DNA of 64,000 nucleotides from Protoeuglena noctilucae (GCA_958009085.1 OY253672.1:186001-250000); one strand, 5' to 3'. Counted from the stretch's first letter, positions 48,270 through 61,620 are shown. Program-made: numbers and translations. The notes: generated by a model from the letters alone, not told the origin.

Positions 48270-51200
48270 ATGGCGCAGGGCAGAACGCTGGAGGCCATCC
48301 GCTACTCACGGGGCTCACTGGCCCTGCTCGACCAGCGCCGCCTTCCCCACGAGGAGGTCTACGTGCCGTGCGCGAGCGCGCAGGTGAGCACAGACGTGTA
48401 TGCTTGCCATGATGGGCTCCCTGTCGATGCTAAAGCGATGCATTGCTCGGACGCGCGAAGGCCCACCTGTGTCCCTGCACCCGCAGGATGCGTGGCAGAT
48501 GATCAAGGATATGGTCGTTCGCGGCGCCCCTGCGATCGGCATTACGGGTGCGCTGGCGCTGGCGGTGGAACTGGAGGCGCGGAAGGCGTCCTTCGCGGAC
48601 CGCGACGAGGGTGAGCGGATGGCCGTGCTGCATCTGCCGAGTTCGCCGAACTCGGTATCCCGATCTGCCCGCGCGGTCCCGGGCAAGGAGGGTCTTCGCT
48701 GTTCTTCGCCCCTGTGCTGCCGCCGGATAGCCCCATTGCATGGCATTGGCGCACGCAGTCGCCGCGTTCGTCGCAAAGACGATGGACTACCTGGTGACAT
48801 CGCGGCCGACGGCCGTGAACCTGGCGGATGCGGCGGACAAGCTGAAGCGACTGGCCGCGTCGGCCACCTCCGGGTCCGCGGGGGAGCTCGCAGAGGCCAT
48901 GGTCGGCGCCTGCGAGCGGATGCTTGTGGACGACTTGGCCGCCAACCGCGCGATGGGGCGCGTCGGCTGCGAGGCGGTGCTGCGGGCCACGGAGGTGAGC
49001 GCAATGACGTGACCTGCTCCGGCCCTGCGGCGTCCCTGCGTCCGCTCGCGACTCCGAAACGTGCTGCCCACGCAGGGCCGGACGGGGGGCCGCAAGCTGC
49101 GTCTGCTGACGCACTGCAACACGGGATCCCTGGCCTGCGCGGGATACGGCACGGCGCTGGGGGTCGTCCGGGCTCTGCACGAGATGGGCCGGGTGGAGAT
49201 GGTGTACTGCTCTGAGACACGCCCTTACAACCAGGGGTCCAGGCTGACGGCGTTCGAGCTGGTGTACGAGGGCATCCCCGGGACGCTCGTCTGCGACTCG
49301 GCAGCCGCGTCGCTCATGGCCCAGAGCAAGGTGGACGCCGTGCTGGTGGGGGCCGACCGCATCACCGCCAACGGCGACACGGGTGAGGGCACGGGGATTG
49401 AGGGTGACATGAGGGCTGCGGGAACTTGCGGCGCTACGAGCGCACCCGCCTCGCCCCCCGCAGCCAACAAGATCGGCACCTACTCGCACGCCGTGAGCGC
49501 CCACCACCACGGCGTGCCCTTCTTCGTGGTGGCCCCGTGCACCACGCTCGACCCGCGGATGGAGACGGGGCAGGAGATCGTGATCGAGGAGCGGCCGACT
49601 GAGGAAGTGACGCACGACCGCTCGGGCGCACGCGTGGCTGCCGAGGGCATTGCCGTCTTGAACCCCTCCTTCGATGTGGTCCCTGCCGCCCTCATCCGGG
49701 GCATCGTCACGGAGAAAGGGGAGGTCCCGCGGACACAGGACGGCTCCTTTGATGTCCGGGGGCACCTCGGCGCGGTGAGGGCGCCGGCTGCGACGCGTGG
49801 CCGGGCTCTGGCGACCACAGCCAGCAACGCAGCGGTGCCTCACCCTGCCCTCCCCCTGCGCCCAGGCCCCCCCCGCGTCCCTGCCGTCCCTGCCTGTGCC
49901 CCCCGGGTACTTTGACCTCGACGAGTCATCGGCCGCCGCCTTCGTGGCCGCGCGCCCCGCCCTGGCCGCGCGCGTGGGCGGCCCCGAGTCGGCCGCCTCC
50001 TGGCGCGTCCGCGAGGTGGGGGACGGCAACATCAACTTCGTCTTCATCGTCGAGGGTCCCCTGGGCGCCGTAGTGGTCAAGCAGGGGCGGCCGTACGTGC
50101 GCGTGATCGGGGAGTCCTGGCCGCTGACCCAGGAGCGCATCCGCTTCGAGGCCCAGGCGCTGCAGGAGCACGCCAGGTGCGGGCTGAGGGTGTTCCCACC
50201 TGCCATGTTACATCCTTGCATCTCCCATGCTCGACCGCACTGTCCTTGCACCCCTCCCAGGCACTGCCCCGAGCACGTCCCCGAGGTCTTCCTCTACGAC
50301 CCCCAGATGTCCGCCCTGGCCATGCGCTACGTGGAGCCCCCCCACGTGATCCTCCGCAAGGGCCTCGTCGAGGGGGGCGTGTACCCGGACTTCCCCCGCC
50401 ACTGCGCCGCCTACATGGCCCGCGTGCTCCTGCGCACGTCCACCCTCGTCATGGACACCGAGGCCCACGCGGCGCTCGCCAGGCGCGTGGGGGACGGCGG
50501 CGCTTCTCGACAGCACCAGAGGTGACACCTCCCCTTCCTCACCGCCCCTCTCCCTTGCCCCCGCAGGCGCTTTGGCAACGTGCACCTGTGCCGCCTGACG
50601 GAGCAGGTCGTCTTCACCGACCCCTACTACCCCGCGCCGCCCAACCGCCACACGACCCCGCACCTGGACGCGGACGTGGCGGCTCTGCGCGCGGACTCCG
50701 ACCTGACCCGCCGCGTCTTCGCCCTCAAGCGCCTCTTCATGCACAGCCGCGAGTCCCTCCTCCACGGCGACCTCCACACCGGGTCCTTCATGGCCACCCC
50801 CACCTCCACCTTCGTCCTCGACGCCGAGTTCGCCTTCGTGGGGCCCATGGGCTTCGACGTCGGAGCCGTGCTCGCCAACCTCCTCCTGGCATTCTTTGCC
50901 GCGGACGGACTCGAGGCGGAGGAGGGAGGCGGGGGCGCGGGGAGGGGGGCGCAGCGCGCGTGGCTGCTGCGGGCGCTGGTGGAGGTGTGGGAGCGATTTG
51001 CAGAGGAGTCGACGGGGGTGCTGGAGCGCGAGGGACGCGGGGACGCGCTGCCCGAGGCCGTGTACGGGGCGGGTAAGCCCTCGTGCGCATGCCGTGGGGC
51101 GCGGGCGGTGGCTGTTTGGGTGTGCGTATAAGCCATGTCCACTTGCCTGCTCGTCTGCCTGTGCAGGAAGCAAGGCCCTTCACGACGGTCGCACGGCGTT

Positions 51201-51617
51201 GCGGTTCAGCGCGGAGAGCGCCTTCTTCCGTGACAAGCTGGCCGAGAGTCTGGGGTTCGCGGGGTGCAAGATGATCCGGTGCGCGATGCGGGTGGCGAGG
51301 GCAGGGACGCCGGGGTGGATCTGTTGCCCACCCGTCCACCCATGCCGCCCATGAGACTGCTCCGCGACTGCCTTGGCCTCGCGCCCGGTGCCTGCAGGCG
51401 CATCGTGGGCGTGGCCCACGTGGCAGACATGGAGAGCATCCGTGACGCGGCTTTGCGTAGTGTGTGCGAGCGGCGGGCGCTCGAGTTCGGCAAGACGCTG
51501 GTCAAGCGGGCGGGGGATTTCGGGGGCATCCGGGACGTGGCTGTGGCAGCGGACATGGCCAGAAGGGACGGCAGGGAGCCCTACCACGTGCTGGCTGGGG
51601 TGCCGGGCAGGGACTAG
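48270..51617 (+). CDS. mtnA-mtnK: Fused methylthioribose-1-phosphate isomerase + methylthioribose kinase
   Basis: Mtn[60 protein letters not shown]. Mtn[70 protein letters not shown]. Joined by a phase-0 intron (~49775-49865). Confidence 0.93.
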
Positions 51618-51633
51618 GACACCGCTTTGACGT

Positions 51634-52839
51634 TCAACGGCTCGCTCCTGCCCCCTCTGCCGCGTCCATCTCGGCCAGCGCCTTGGCGATCTCGCCCCCC
51701 ACTCGCGCGTTGTTCTTCACCAACCACACATTGGCCTCGAGGGAGGCGCCGCCCGTGATGTCAGCCACCCTCCGCAGCAGGAAGGGCGTCGTGGCGTTGC
51801 CCGACACCCCCCGCTCCGCCGCCTCCCCCAGCGCCGTCTCCACCGCCGCCTGCACCACCGCCCCCGCCGCCTCGTGCTCGGCCGGGATGGGCACAGCGAT
51901 GACCTGGCCGCTCCCCAAGCGCAGCGCCAGCGCCCCGTGCACCAGCGACGCGGCCTCGCGCGCGCTGTCCACCCTGCAGCAAGCAACGTGGGTCCAGCCA
52001 TTGGCTCCTCCGCTGCCACTAGACCGGCCCCTCGCCTTGCCTGGCCGCTGCCCCCCGGCCTCGCCTGCATGGCGCCCGGCACCCGCTGCTCCTCGTGTAG
52101 AAGGCCGGGAACTCGTCCGTGCCCATCGCCGCCACGCACACCCCCTGCGTCTCCAGGTACTCGAGCGTCCGGGGCAAGTCCAGGATGCTCTTGGCCCCCG
52201 CACACACCACGGCCACGGGCGTGCGCCCCAGCTCCGTCAGGTCCGCGGACACGTCCCACGTCTGGTCGGCGCCGCGGTGCACTCCCCCGATGCCCCCTGC
52301 GCATGCGAGTGGGTTGACTGGCAGGCTCAGTCGCGATGGCGTCAGGCGGCCTTGGCAGGGCGCGGGCGACGCTGCGAGGGTGCACCTGTGACGAAGACGC
52401 GTACGCCGGCCCGGGCTGCCAGCAGCATGGTGGAGGACACGGTAGTGGCGGCGTCCAGGCCCAGGCCGCACACTGGGTGAGCACAAAGAAGGGGGTGGTG
52501 AGACTTGGGTGGGAAAGCCTGCACTCGCCCTTGCCACCTACGGCGCGACCGCTATGACAACGCACCGTGTGGCAGGTCCCTTCTGGAGCATTTGGCAATC
52601 TTGGCGCCCGGCTGTGCCAGCCTCTGCAGCTGTGCATCAGTGAGGCCCACGTGGGGCACGCCGCCGAGCACCGCCACGGTGGCAGGGACCACGCCCTGCT
52701 GTCGGAGGATGGCCTCGACCTCGCGGGCGGTGGCCAGGTTGCGCGGGTACGGCATCCCCTGCGAAATAATGGAGCTCTCCAAGGCCACAACGGGTCGCCC
52801 GCGCGACAGGGCGCATTGCACCTCGGGGTGGATCACCAT
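51634..52839 (-). CDS. psuG: Pseudouridine-5'-phosphate glycosidase (IndA/PsuG/PUMY)
   Basis: [73 protein letters not shown] possible extra 5' exon starts at 53258. Confidence 0.93.
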
Positions 52840-53417
52840 GTAGCTACTGCGGACCAGGGCATCGACTCAATGGCACTCGTGACGTGGATGACGCGCATAT
52901 GCGGCGCGTATCCGGCGCGGAGTTGCTGGAAGGGGGCAGGATGTCACCTTGCGGGGCGCAGGCCGCGGTAAACGAGGCTGTATTGCTCGTCACAACTCTG
53001 CAATCGTTGAAACATTACTTATGAATCACGCGCTAGATATTTCGGTCTCGAAGGGAGCGGCGCAGGCCGCACCTGGCCCGTGGATGCCTGCCCGCCGGAT
53101 TTGCGGCGGTTTTCCAGTTGTGCCTGTGCTTGTTCCCCCAACGCGTCCCCGTTTGCGAGATATGACTGGCTGACTTCCTTGCCGTAGCAGCCCCCGGTGG
53201 TGGTCACCGCTTGGCCGGCGAGCACGGCCAGCCTCCGCTCGGCGCTGGCGCTGGCCATCTCTGCTGGGACGGCAGGGCCGGAGAGACCCCCCGATGAGCT
53301 AAGCGCTGCGAATGTCTCGCCAGTACAGAGTTGGGGCAGATAATATGGCAATCGCTGCTGATTCATTCGAGCGCCAGTCTAGGCCTTCCTTCTAGCCCTG
53401 CCAACCCAGCCATCACA

Positions 53418-56400
53418 TCACGCCTTGGTCGCTGCCGGCTGCATGCTCTTGAGCCGCTGCTTCAACGCCTGCATCCGCGCCCCCAGCGCCGTCCCCACCT
53501 GCGAGAAGGTTGAGAAATATCAATCACTACAGCCCTCAACGCAAGCAGCCCGCGCCACTGCAGCGTGCGCCCTCGCCTGCGCCGGGGAGGGCGCCTCAGG
53601 CACCGCCGCCGCCGCCTCATGCACCGCTGCCGCCTCCGCTCCCCCCTGCTCCCACGACGCGGAGGGCTCCAGGTGAGCCGGGTCCGCCACCGCAGCTGCC
53701 CCCACCGCAGACGCCGCGGGCGACAGGGTTTCAGAGTCTCTGCAGGCAGCACGAGGAGCATGCGTCACCGGCCCGCAGTCATTGCGCTCCGCTGCAGCGC
53801 TTGCATGCCCCCTCCCCTCACCCTCCGTCGCCCCGACCAGAGTCGTCTTCCCCGCCCCCCTCCTGGCCATCCAAAGGCGCCCCCAACCCGGGCCCCTCTC
53901 GGCTCGCCTCCCGTGATGGGCTCGGTTTGAAGAAGTCCGACGACAAGGCCAGGTCCACCGAGGCTTTGAAGCGGCCGCGCTCCTCGGCGCTGATCTTCGG
54001 CACCATCCACCTCCCCGAGGGGGACGGCACGGGGCGAGGGTCCGACCCTGGGGGGCGCCCCCCCACGAGCTGTCGCCACGACCCTGCCAGCTGGCCCCAC
54101 CACCCCGACGCACCCTCTCCAAGCGAGGACGCCTCTCCCAGGGAAGGCGCCTCTGCCAGAGAAGGCGCCCCCACGAGCACCGACCCTTGCGTGCCACTGC
54201 CCGGGCGCCACCCACCCGGCCCGCCCTTCGCCGCCCCTGCCCCCGCAGCCGCCGCAGCCCCGTGTTGCCGCCAGGCCCCCGACGTCTGCCGCTGCAGCGA
54301 CCCTGCCTGGCCCCCACCTCCGCTGGGCGCACCCGCCCCCCGGCTCCTCCACCGGCCCCCCGCGGCAGAAGCGGACGACCCCGGCTGCCACCCTCCCGAC
54401 GGCGCCGCCGCTGCTGAGGGTGCCCATGCGGCCTTGGCTGGCCGCGATGCGCTCGTCCCATGCGCCCTCCAGCCGCCCGTGTCGGCCGCGGGCGTTGGTG
54501 AGGGCGGTGCGCCAACCCCGGGAGGGGCGGCGGGCGATGCGGACTTCCACGATCGCCACTGGGAGGGGCCCGACGGAGAAAGCGCCGAGTGCGTGGCGGG
54601 TGCGGGTGCCGCCGCAGGAACCCTTGACACCGCTGCTGACAGAGCATCGGAGGGGGCGGATGGGGGCCGGATCGCCTGCACTGCTGCGGCCCAGGCGTCT
54701 GCCTCAGCCCCACTCAGCGATGTCGCCGGCCCCACGCTGGGGGCGGAGGTCAGCGCGTGGGCGTCGGGGGCGCCCCTTCCAGAGCCGCCTGGGCCGGCAG
54801 ACGCGGCCGCAGGGGCGGCCACGGGGTCCGCGGGCGTGGCCTCAGAGATGGACTCGGGGTCTGAGCTGGGACTCCTCTCGGAGCTGGGCTTGGGGTCTGC
54901 ACCAGGCTTGGGCTCCACAGTGGGCGCTGGCGTCCGCCAGGAAGGCTGGCGGGCCAGGGGCGGGGGAGACGAGGCGCTCTGGGTGGCTGCTGGGGTCGGG
55001 GACGAGCCGCCGTCCGATGCCCCCGCATGCGCCTGCCAGGCCCCGGCGGAGGGCTGGCGGGCGAGGGGTGACCCGGGGACATCCCCGGCTGCGGAGAGCT
55101 GCGGCAATGCGACGCAGCGACGAGTGAGGGCCTGCCTATGCATGGGGCACTGCGCATGGGCCACAGCCAATGCCGCCGCCCCTCACCCGCTCCTGGGCGC
55201 TGCTGTACCCCTCCTCGTCCACCTCCATCAGCGCCCCCCCGTCCAGCAGCCTCCTGCATTGACGCGCGGAGCAGTCATGGGGTGGCCGGGCACGCACGTG
55301 GCGGGCATTGCAAGAGGGCCACCCATTTTTCTCACCCAATGCTCCTCCGCTGCATGGAGCTCAGCGCGCTGTCTGACATGTCCCTGCGCATCTTGGGGGA
55401 ATCCACCCCTGCATTCGACATGCTGTCCTGTACCGACAGCACGCGCGGGAGGGACGGCGCCGTGGCAAGGGGCCCGGAGCTCTCGGGGCCACCACCGCCG
55501 CTGCCATCCGCTGCCTGGCCGAGGTGGGGACTCTGCAGCGAGGGGGCGTCAACGCACGTGAGAGAGGCGCGGCGATCGAGGCAAGTGCCCAGCTGCTGCC
55601 TGCACCCTTGCAGGCTCCTCACGTCGCCGCGCTGCGTCGGGGTTGACGGCTTGGCCTGCCCCTTCTGGTGCCACGTGTGTGCGCCGTGGTGGTCCTCTCC
55701 CGTGCCCGCGTCTGCAGGCACGGTAGTGTAAGGTGTCCTATGCCACTCACGAGACGGGTCATTCCTTATGCAACGCATGTGCCACCACAGCTGGCCCCCT
55801 CACCGGACGTGCGCCATCCGTGGGGCGACTCGTTCGCCGCGCCCCGCGTGCCCGTGACCTTTGCGCTGCCGTCCCGCTCGGATCCCTCCCCCTTGCGCGC
55901 CGCCATGAACTGCCGCCACTCCCCGTTCCCCAGCGACGCGTTCCGCATGAGCCTCCCACCGCCACCGCCGTCCCTGCCCGGCTCCCGGTCCTCCGCCCCC
56001 GAGGCGCTGCCGGAGCGGTCGGCCGTGTCGCGGCGCTCGAGCTGGCTGATCTGCCGCGCCCGCTTGCTCTTGATGGCGGGGGCGGCCGGCTCCAGGTACC
56101 GGTGCAGGGGCTGCGGGAGCAGCAAAGGGGGTGCCAGGATGGGTGGGGAGGATGACGAGCGCCCTCAGACATGCGCCCTCACGAGCGCCCCTCACCTCTG
56201 CGACGTGGTCGTTGGGGCGGATGATGTGATAGCCCCCGAATCGCAGGCGCTTGGCGGGCCGCCTGCGGTGCTCAGAGGCGTGGTGGTCGTCATGCGAGCG
56301 CCGGCCCGAGTCTCCGTGACCGTGGCCCGCGTGATGCCTGTGGCTGCCATGCTCGTGGCTGGCGTGGCCGGAGGCATGGCTGTGGCTGGAGTGCCCGTGG

Positions 56401-59068
56401 CTGCCGTGGCCATGACTGGAGTGCCCGTGGGCATGGTCATGGCTGGAGCACCCATGGTGAGTGTCGTGCGCGCCGGCGTGGTGCGAGTGGTGAGAGTGGG
56501 GCCGAGACGCGAGGTCACGGTCACTCTGGTCCGAACTCGCGTATCCCCCCTCCGAGCGTGGGTGGTGGTGGGAGTGGTGAGAGTGCCCCGCGTGAGCGTC
56601 GTGGCGGGTCTCCTCGGCCTCGGGACCGCCTGGCCGAGTCCCCACCACGTGTCCGTGGGGGGTCCAGGTCTGGGAGGGGCCAGCGCGTAGCGGCGGAGTG
56701 GGTGGGACGGAGGGGGTGCGGGTCGGGGGGAATGGGCGCGTGCTGAAAGGCAGGGGACCCTCCTGAAGGGACGAGGGCAGGTCGCGGCCCGCTTCCGGGT
56801 CGGAGGGGGGCACGGTGATGGCCGGGGGGACGGGGTGGGGGGCCGCGGGTGGGGCGGGGGTCGGGGCCGTGGCTGCGGGCGCGGCGCTGGGCGCAGTGCC
56901 ACTCGCGTCAAAGCCCGAAAGATCCTCGGGGAGTGGGCCCCGGGCGACGGGGATGGCCTCGTTGCCCCGTGCGGAGCCGCCCTGCTTCACGGCCTGAGGG
57001 AAGAGGGTGGGGCAGCCCTCAGCGCACCAGCCCGGCCCCTGGACAGTGTGGATCCGACAAGCCGAGACGACCACAGCCGCGTCAACTGCGCGCGCCCTGG
57101 GCCCTGAGCCCCCTCACCTCGGCCTTGCGCGCCGCCATGCGGTGCTCCCTCTCCAGCTCGGCGCGCATGTCGATCTCTGGGAGGCGGTCCTTTTGGTCGG
57201 CGGACATGCTCTTCCGGCGGTAGCGCTCACGGTCCACGGCGTCCGCCAGCGCGGCGACCGAGTCGGCGCCGGGTGCGGGGCCCGCGCGGGGGTCGACACT
57301 GCGGGTTGGGGGGCAGGGGAGGTGATGGAGGTGCAGTCCGTCGAGCCAGGACGCAAGTAGGCAAAGGACGAGACCGCGGTTTTCGGCGATAAACATGGCC
57401 GTCTACTGTGCTTGCCACCTCCCCCCCTTCCGTTGCCCCACCTGCGCCTGCGCTCGGCCGCGAGGCTCAGCCGCCGGGCCCACTTCTGCGCCTGCGGGTC
57501 CACGTCCCCGGTCTGCGCGAGCGCCTGCACGGGGTCCTTCGCGGCCTGGGCGATGTCGGGGCGGACGCGAAGGGCCGCCTCGTCAAAGGGCGCAGCGTCG
57601 GACGGGGGAGCTGGCTCGCTCCCCCCGGGGGCAGCGGGCGGGGGCTGGCTGGGGCCCGTCCCCCCCCTCTCGGCGGAGATGCGCAGAGGGGCGTCGAGGA
57701 AGCTCGACAGCCACGCGTCCTGCCTGCCCTGGCCGGGCGCGGGGGCTGTTGCGGGCTTGTCAATGGAGCCAGGGTTGCGCCAGGCGTTGGTGAGGGACAG
57801 GGCGCTGCCGCTGACCGAGACCATGGACGCCCCAAACACCTCGGTGAGCGCCTGCACCACGTGCGAGTTGCCGCGCTGCACGGCCACCTCCGCGGGGCGG
57901 CGGCCCCTCAGGTCCGACGCAGCACACAGGTGGGCCGGGCACGCCTCGAACAGCGCCACCGCCGTGTCGTAGTTCATGCCGGGAGACGCAGCCGCGCAAT
58001 GCACGACGTTCCAGCCGTTGCTGCGGGGGCACCGGGAGAGAGGTCATGAATGGCGCGCATGAGCGCAATGGGCGCTGCCCTGTCAAGAGCCGCGACCCCA
58101 GCGCCTGCCCATGCCCGTGGCCCTGCCCTCGCCTTGTCTCCGTGACGGCCGGGTCGCACCCCGCGTCCAGCAGCATGTACAGCAGCCCCGTGTCGGCCCC
58201 CGCCAGCACTGCCAGGTGCAAGACGGTGTGCCCCCCGGCGTCCACGTCCTGGGGCAGCAGCTCCCCCCGGGCGGAAAGCGCCTCGAGCACCTCGCGCGAC
58301 TTGCGGCAGGCGGCGCGGTGCTGCAGCAGCTCCCCCGTCGCGGCCACTCGCAGGAGGGGCGACGCGCCGCGGTCGAGCAGGTCCGTGACGATGCCGACGT
58401 GGCCGGCGTCCAGCGCCAGCAACGACGCGGGCCACCCCGCCACGGATCTGCGAGCGCGAACGCCGGGGCTCGCCGGGCACGGCAGCAGCCCGCACCCTGC
58501 CCCTGCCCAGGCGGCCCCTCACCGGATGTCGGGGTCCACGCTCAGGTGCTCCACCAGGCAGCGCACGGCGCCCGCCTGCCCGGCCACGGCCGCGGCGTGT
58601 AGCGTCGAGTGCCCAGCTGCGTTCAGCCGGTACAGGTTGGCGTGCCACTCGCGTACCAGCCACTCCAGCGTCTCGACGTGGCCCTCGCGCGCCGCGATGA
58701 CGGCGGGGGTGTCGCGGTCGAAGAGCGTCGGCAGGTCCACGTCCGCCCCCATCTCCAGCAGCGTCTCCAGCGCCTCCTCCGATGCCTCGTGCACCGCCAC
58801 GTGGATCGGCGCCAGGCCCGTCCTGGGGTCTGCAGGCAGGGTGGAGCGCAGGTGACGGGAGCGCCGTGCGGGCGCGGGCACCAGCGTACGGCAGGGGTGT
58901 GCACGCACCGAAGCTGTTCACATCGACCGCGCCCGAGTCAAGAATCTGCCGGACGTTCACCCCGTCATCCCTCCGCACGGCCATCATGAGCTCCACGAGC
59001 GCGCTGGGCGTCTCCGGCGCCGCGACGCCCACGCTGCACATGGGCCAGACGTGCCGCGGTAATGACAT
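53418..59068 (-). CDS. Large ankyrin-repeat protein with long low-complexity (His-, Pro/Ala-rich) C-terminus
   Basis: About 8 ankyrin repeats in 57830-59000 (GLAPIHVAV, DTPAVIAAREGHVE, GHSTLHAAAVAGQ, GHTVLHLAVLAG, GWNVVHCAA, GRRPAEVAVQRG). Downstream exon chain is less certain and could be two genes. Confidence 0.7.
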
Positions 59069-59724
59069 CGTTGGTTCGCTGATAAAGTCCGCGCGGCCGT
59101 CGAGAAATCCACGCCGTTGGCGAGGCCAGTGACAAACCTGGCAATTGAGGCGCAGCGCGCCGCGTCGCCCTCACCTCGACGGTCCCGCAGCGACTAGATC
59201 CGCGCCGGGATGAGCTAGCGCTTCCACCAGGGCATCCGGAGACCCGCGGCCGCTGCCTCCCCAAGGGGGTGGGGCTTGGCCAGAGGGGAGGTGCGCGCCG
59301 CGCGCACCAGCTCCCCTGCGTCGGCAAAGGCCACGCCAGACTCCATTTCCGAAACCAAAGGTACCATGGACGACGCGCGCAGGGGTCGCGCGTCTCGGAG
59401 CCCCCAAACGCGGAGTCAAACGATGCGCAGCCTGTGCTCACCCCCAAAAATCGTCCTGGTCGTCCCGGTCACCGGTATCAATCTCTGAGTCACTCAGATT
59501 GCTCCCCGACTCGGAGTCGCTGGCGCCGTCGGTCCACTTGCCCGCCGCAGCGCGCAGACCGGCGCGGGCGACCAAGCCCAGCGCCTTTAACATCGTGTTC
59601 AAGCAACCCCGAGCATCCGTTTCAACTCACGCAGCCATAGCCAAGCCTAAGCAGCGCAACCGACGCCAAAGCTGCCCTGCCAACTCAACAAGTACCGAGA
59701 CGCGGGGACACCCTGCAACTGTGG

Positions 59725-61620
59725 TCAGGCGCGCCCGGCCGCTAGGACGCATCCGGGGCAATTGTGCAGCGTCCCGTGGATGACCTGGTCGCATTCGAAG
59801 CAGAATATTTGCTCGCACCCTTCGCACCGCAAGATGAGGCTGGGCTGGGCGCCGGGATGGAGGCCCATCTGAGGACAGCGTGGAAGTCGGCCTCGAATGC
59901 GAATGTCACGTCTCACATCCCAAGCGCCGACGCAGTCATTGCCCTGCACGCACGAAAGCCCCTGCGGACCCTGACCCACTCACCGTCTGCGGCCTCGCCC
60001 CCACGTCCCGCGTGCATCCAAAGCACGGGACCGCGCGTGGCCGATCCTGCGGCAGCTCCTCGTCGCCCGACCAGTCTTCCAGGCCCAAAGGCCCCGCCTC
60101 CCGAGCGCCGTCGCCCGCCCCGGCCCCCCTACCATGCCCCTGCAAGTCCTCTGGGTCCACCTCGACAAACGGCTTGACGGGGAAGAGATGGTGGTAGCTC
60201 TTGGCCAGGTGCGGGCTCGAGATGAGCAGGAGATTGCACACATGGCAGCGGGCGGGAATCTCCCGCGTGCAGGCGAAGCACCTGGGTCGGTGCAGAGGGG
60301 CGAGGCAGTGAGTGGGCGCGGTCCCCGATCTGAGCAACTCCGGTATCCTCACTGGGACCGCAGTTCCCGAGCGCTGCCGAGCCGGGACAGCTCACCGAGG
60401 GCACGTGTAGCCGCCCGAACGGAGGTCGCACTGGGGCCCGATGAACCCGGGCCGGCCCGTCTCGGGGTTGCGCTCCGCGAAACCCATCTCCACGAGACTC
60501 GCGGGCGCATCGTGGCTCGACGCAGCGGGAGGGTCCATGTGCGCCTCCACGAGCTCCTGCGGCACGGGCACGGCACCAGCGTTTGGCTGCGCAGACCGCA
60601 ACGCACTAGCCGGCCACCCCGGGAAATGCGCGCCTCGCCTCAAAGTGCCGCTCGTTCCGCGCCACGGCGTAGGTGCCCCCCGTCTCGCGCGACACGCGCC
60701 GCAGCACGTGCACCTCCCCCCCCATCCCCACGGCCGAGACGCGGACCTTGGCCCGGACGCACGCGGCGCTGGAGGTGAAGACGTCGCCCTCGTCGACGGT
60801 GCACAGGGAGCTGCTGAGGAGCAGCACCTCCCGCAGTCCGTACGGCGGGGCGTTGCGCAGGACGGCCAGGGCGTCGTCCAGGAGGCGCTGCAGGGAGGCG
60901 ACGCCGCTGCCGACCTGGAGCCGGGCCAGCTCCCGCGCATGGAGCTCCGGGGACGCCCCAAGCTCCGAGACCCTGTGCACCTTGCCGTCCCGCAAGGCCA
61001 CCACGCACAGCTGGCTTAGGGGGTTGTGGTCGAAGAAGTCCCGGACGAACTGCGCCGCCAAGGCCGCCACCATCCGCAGGCGCGTGGGCTTCATGTCCGC
61101 GTCGTTGGCAGCAGCCGACAGATCCAGAGCCAGGATGAGGTACCTGCTCAACGGCACCCGGGTGTCAGTATGGGAGAAGCGAAGCATAGGGGAGTCCCAG
61201 AGCGGCGCGGGCCACGCTGGGGTAGAGACCCTGTGCCACGGAACGAGCCAGATGTAAAACATGATGGCAAAGAACACTCACCGAATCAAGCCCCTTCGGA
61301 CCCTTGCCGATGCCAACACGTCCAGCTGTCGCTTGCGCTTCTGCCGCAGCAACTCCGCCTGGTCGAGCGCCACCAGCCGGCCCTCCTCATCCTCCCGCAG
61401 CTGCTCCCAGCTCGATGCGTGCTCGTACCTGCGGCAGGCATGCAGAAGGTGTTCCAGACCGCCCATCCTGCGCACAAGCCCTTCGCACCGCAGGTGACTG
61501 GCGCAGTGGCCCTCACAATCGCTCGTATGCCCGAATTTCCTGCAGCTGCTCCTCCACTTCACCCTCATTCTCCTCCTCGTCGACTCTGTCTGGGTCCCAT
61601 GGCTCCGCGCCGGGGGCCAT
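59725..61620 (-). CDS. GTF2H2: TFIIH subunit p44 (vWA + zinc fingers)
   Basis: YEHASSWEQLREDEEG, RRGLIRYLILALDLS, FFDHNPLSQL, GGYTCPRC, CHVCNLLLISSPHLAKSYHHLFP, FCFECDQVIHGTLHNCPGC. Confidence 0.96.
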
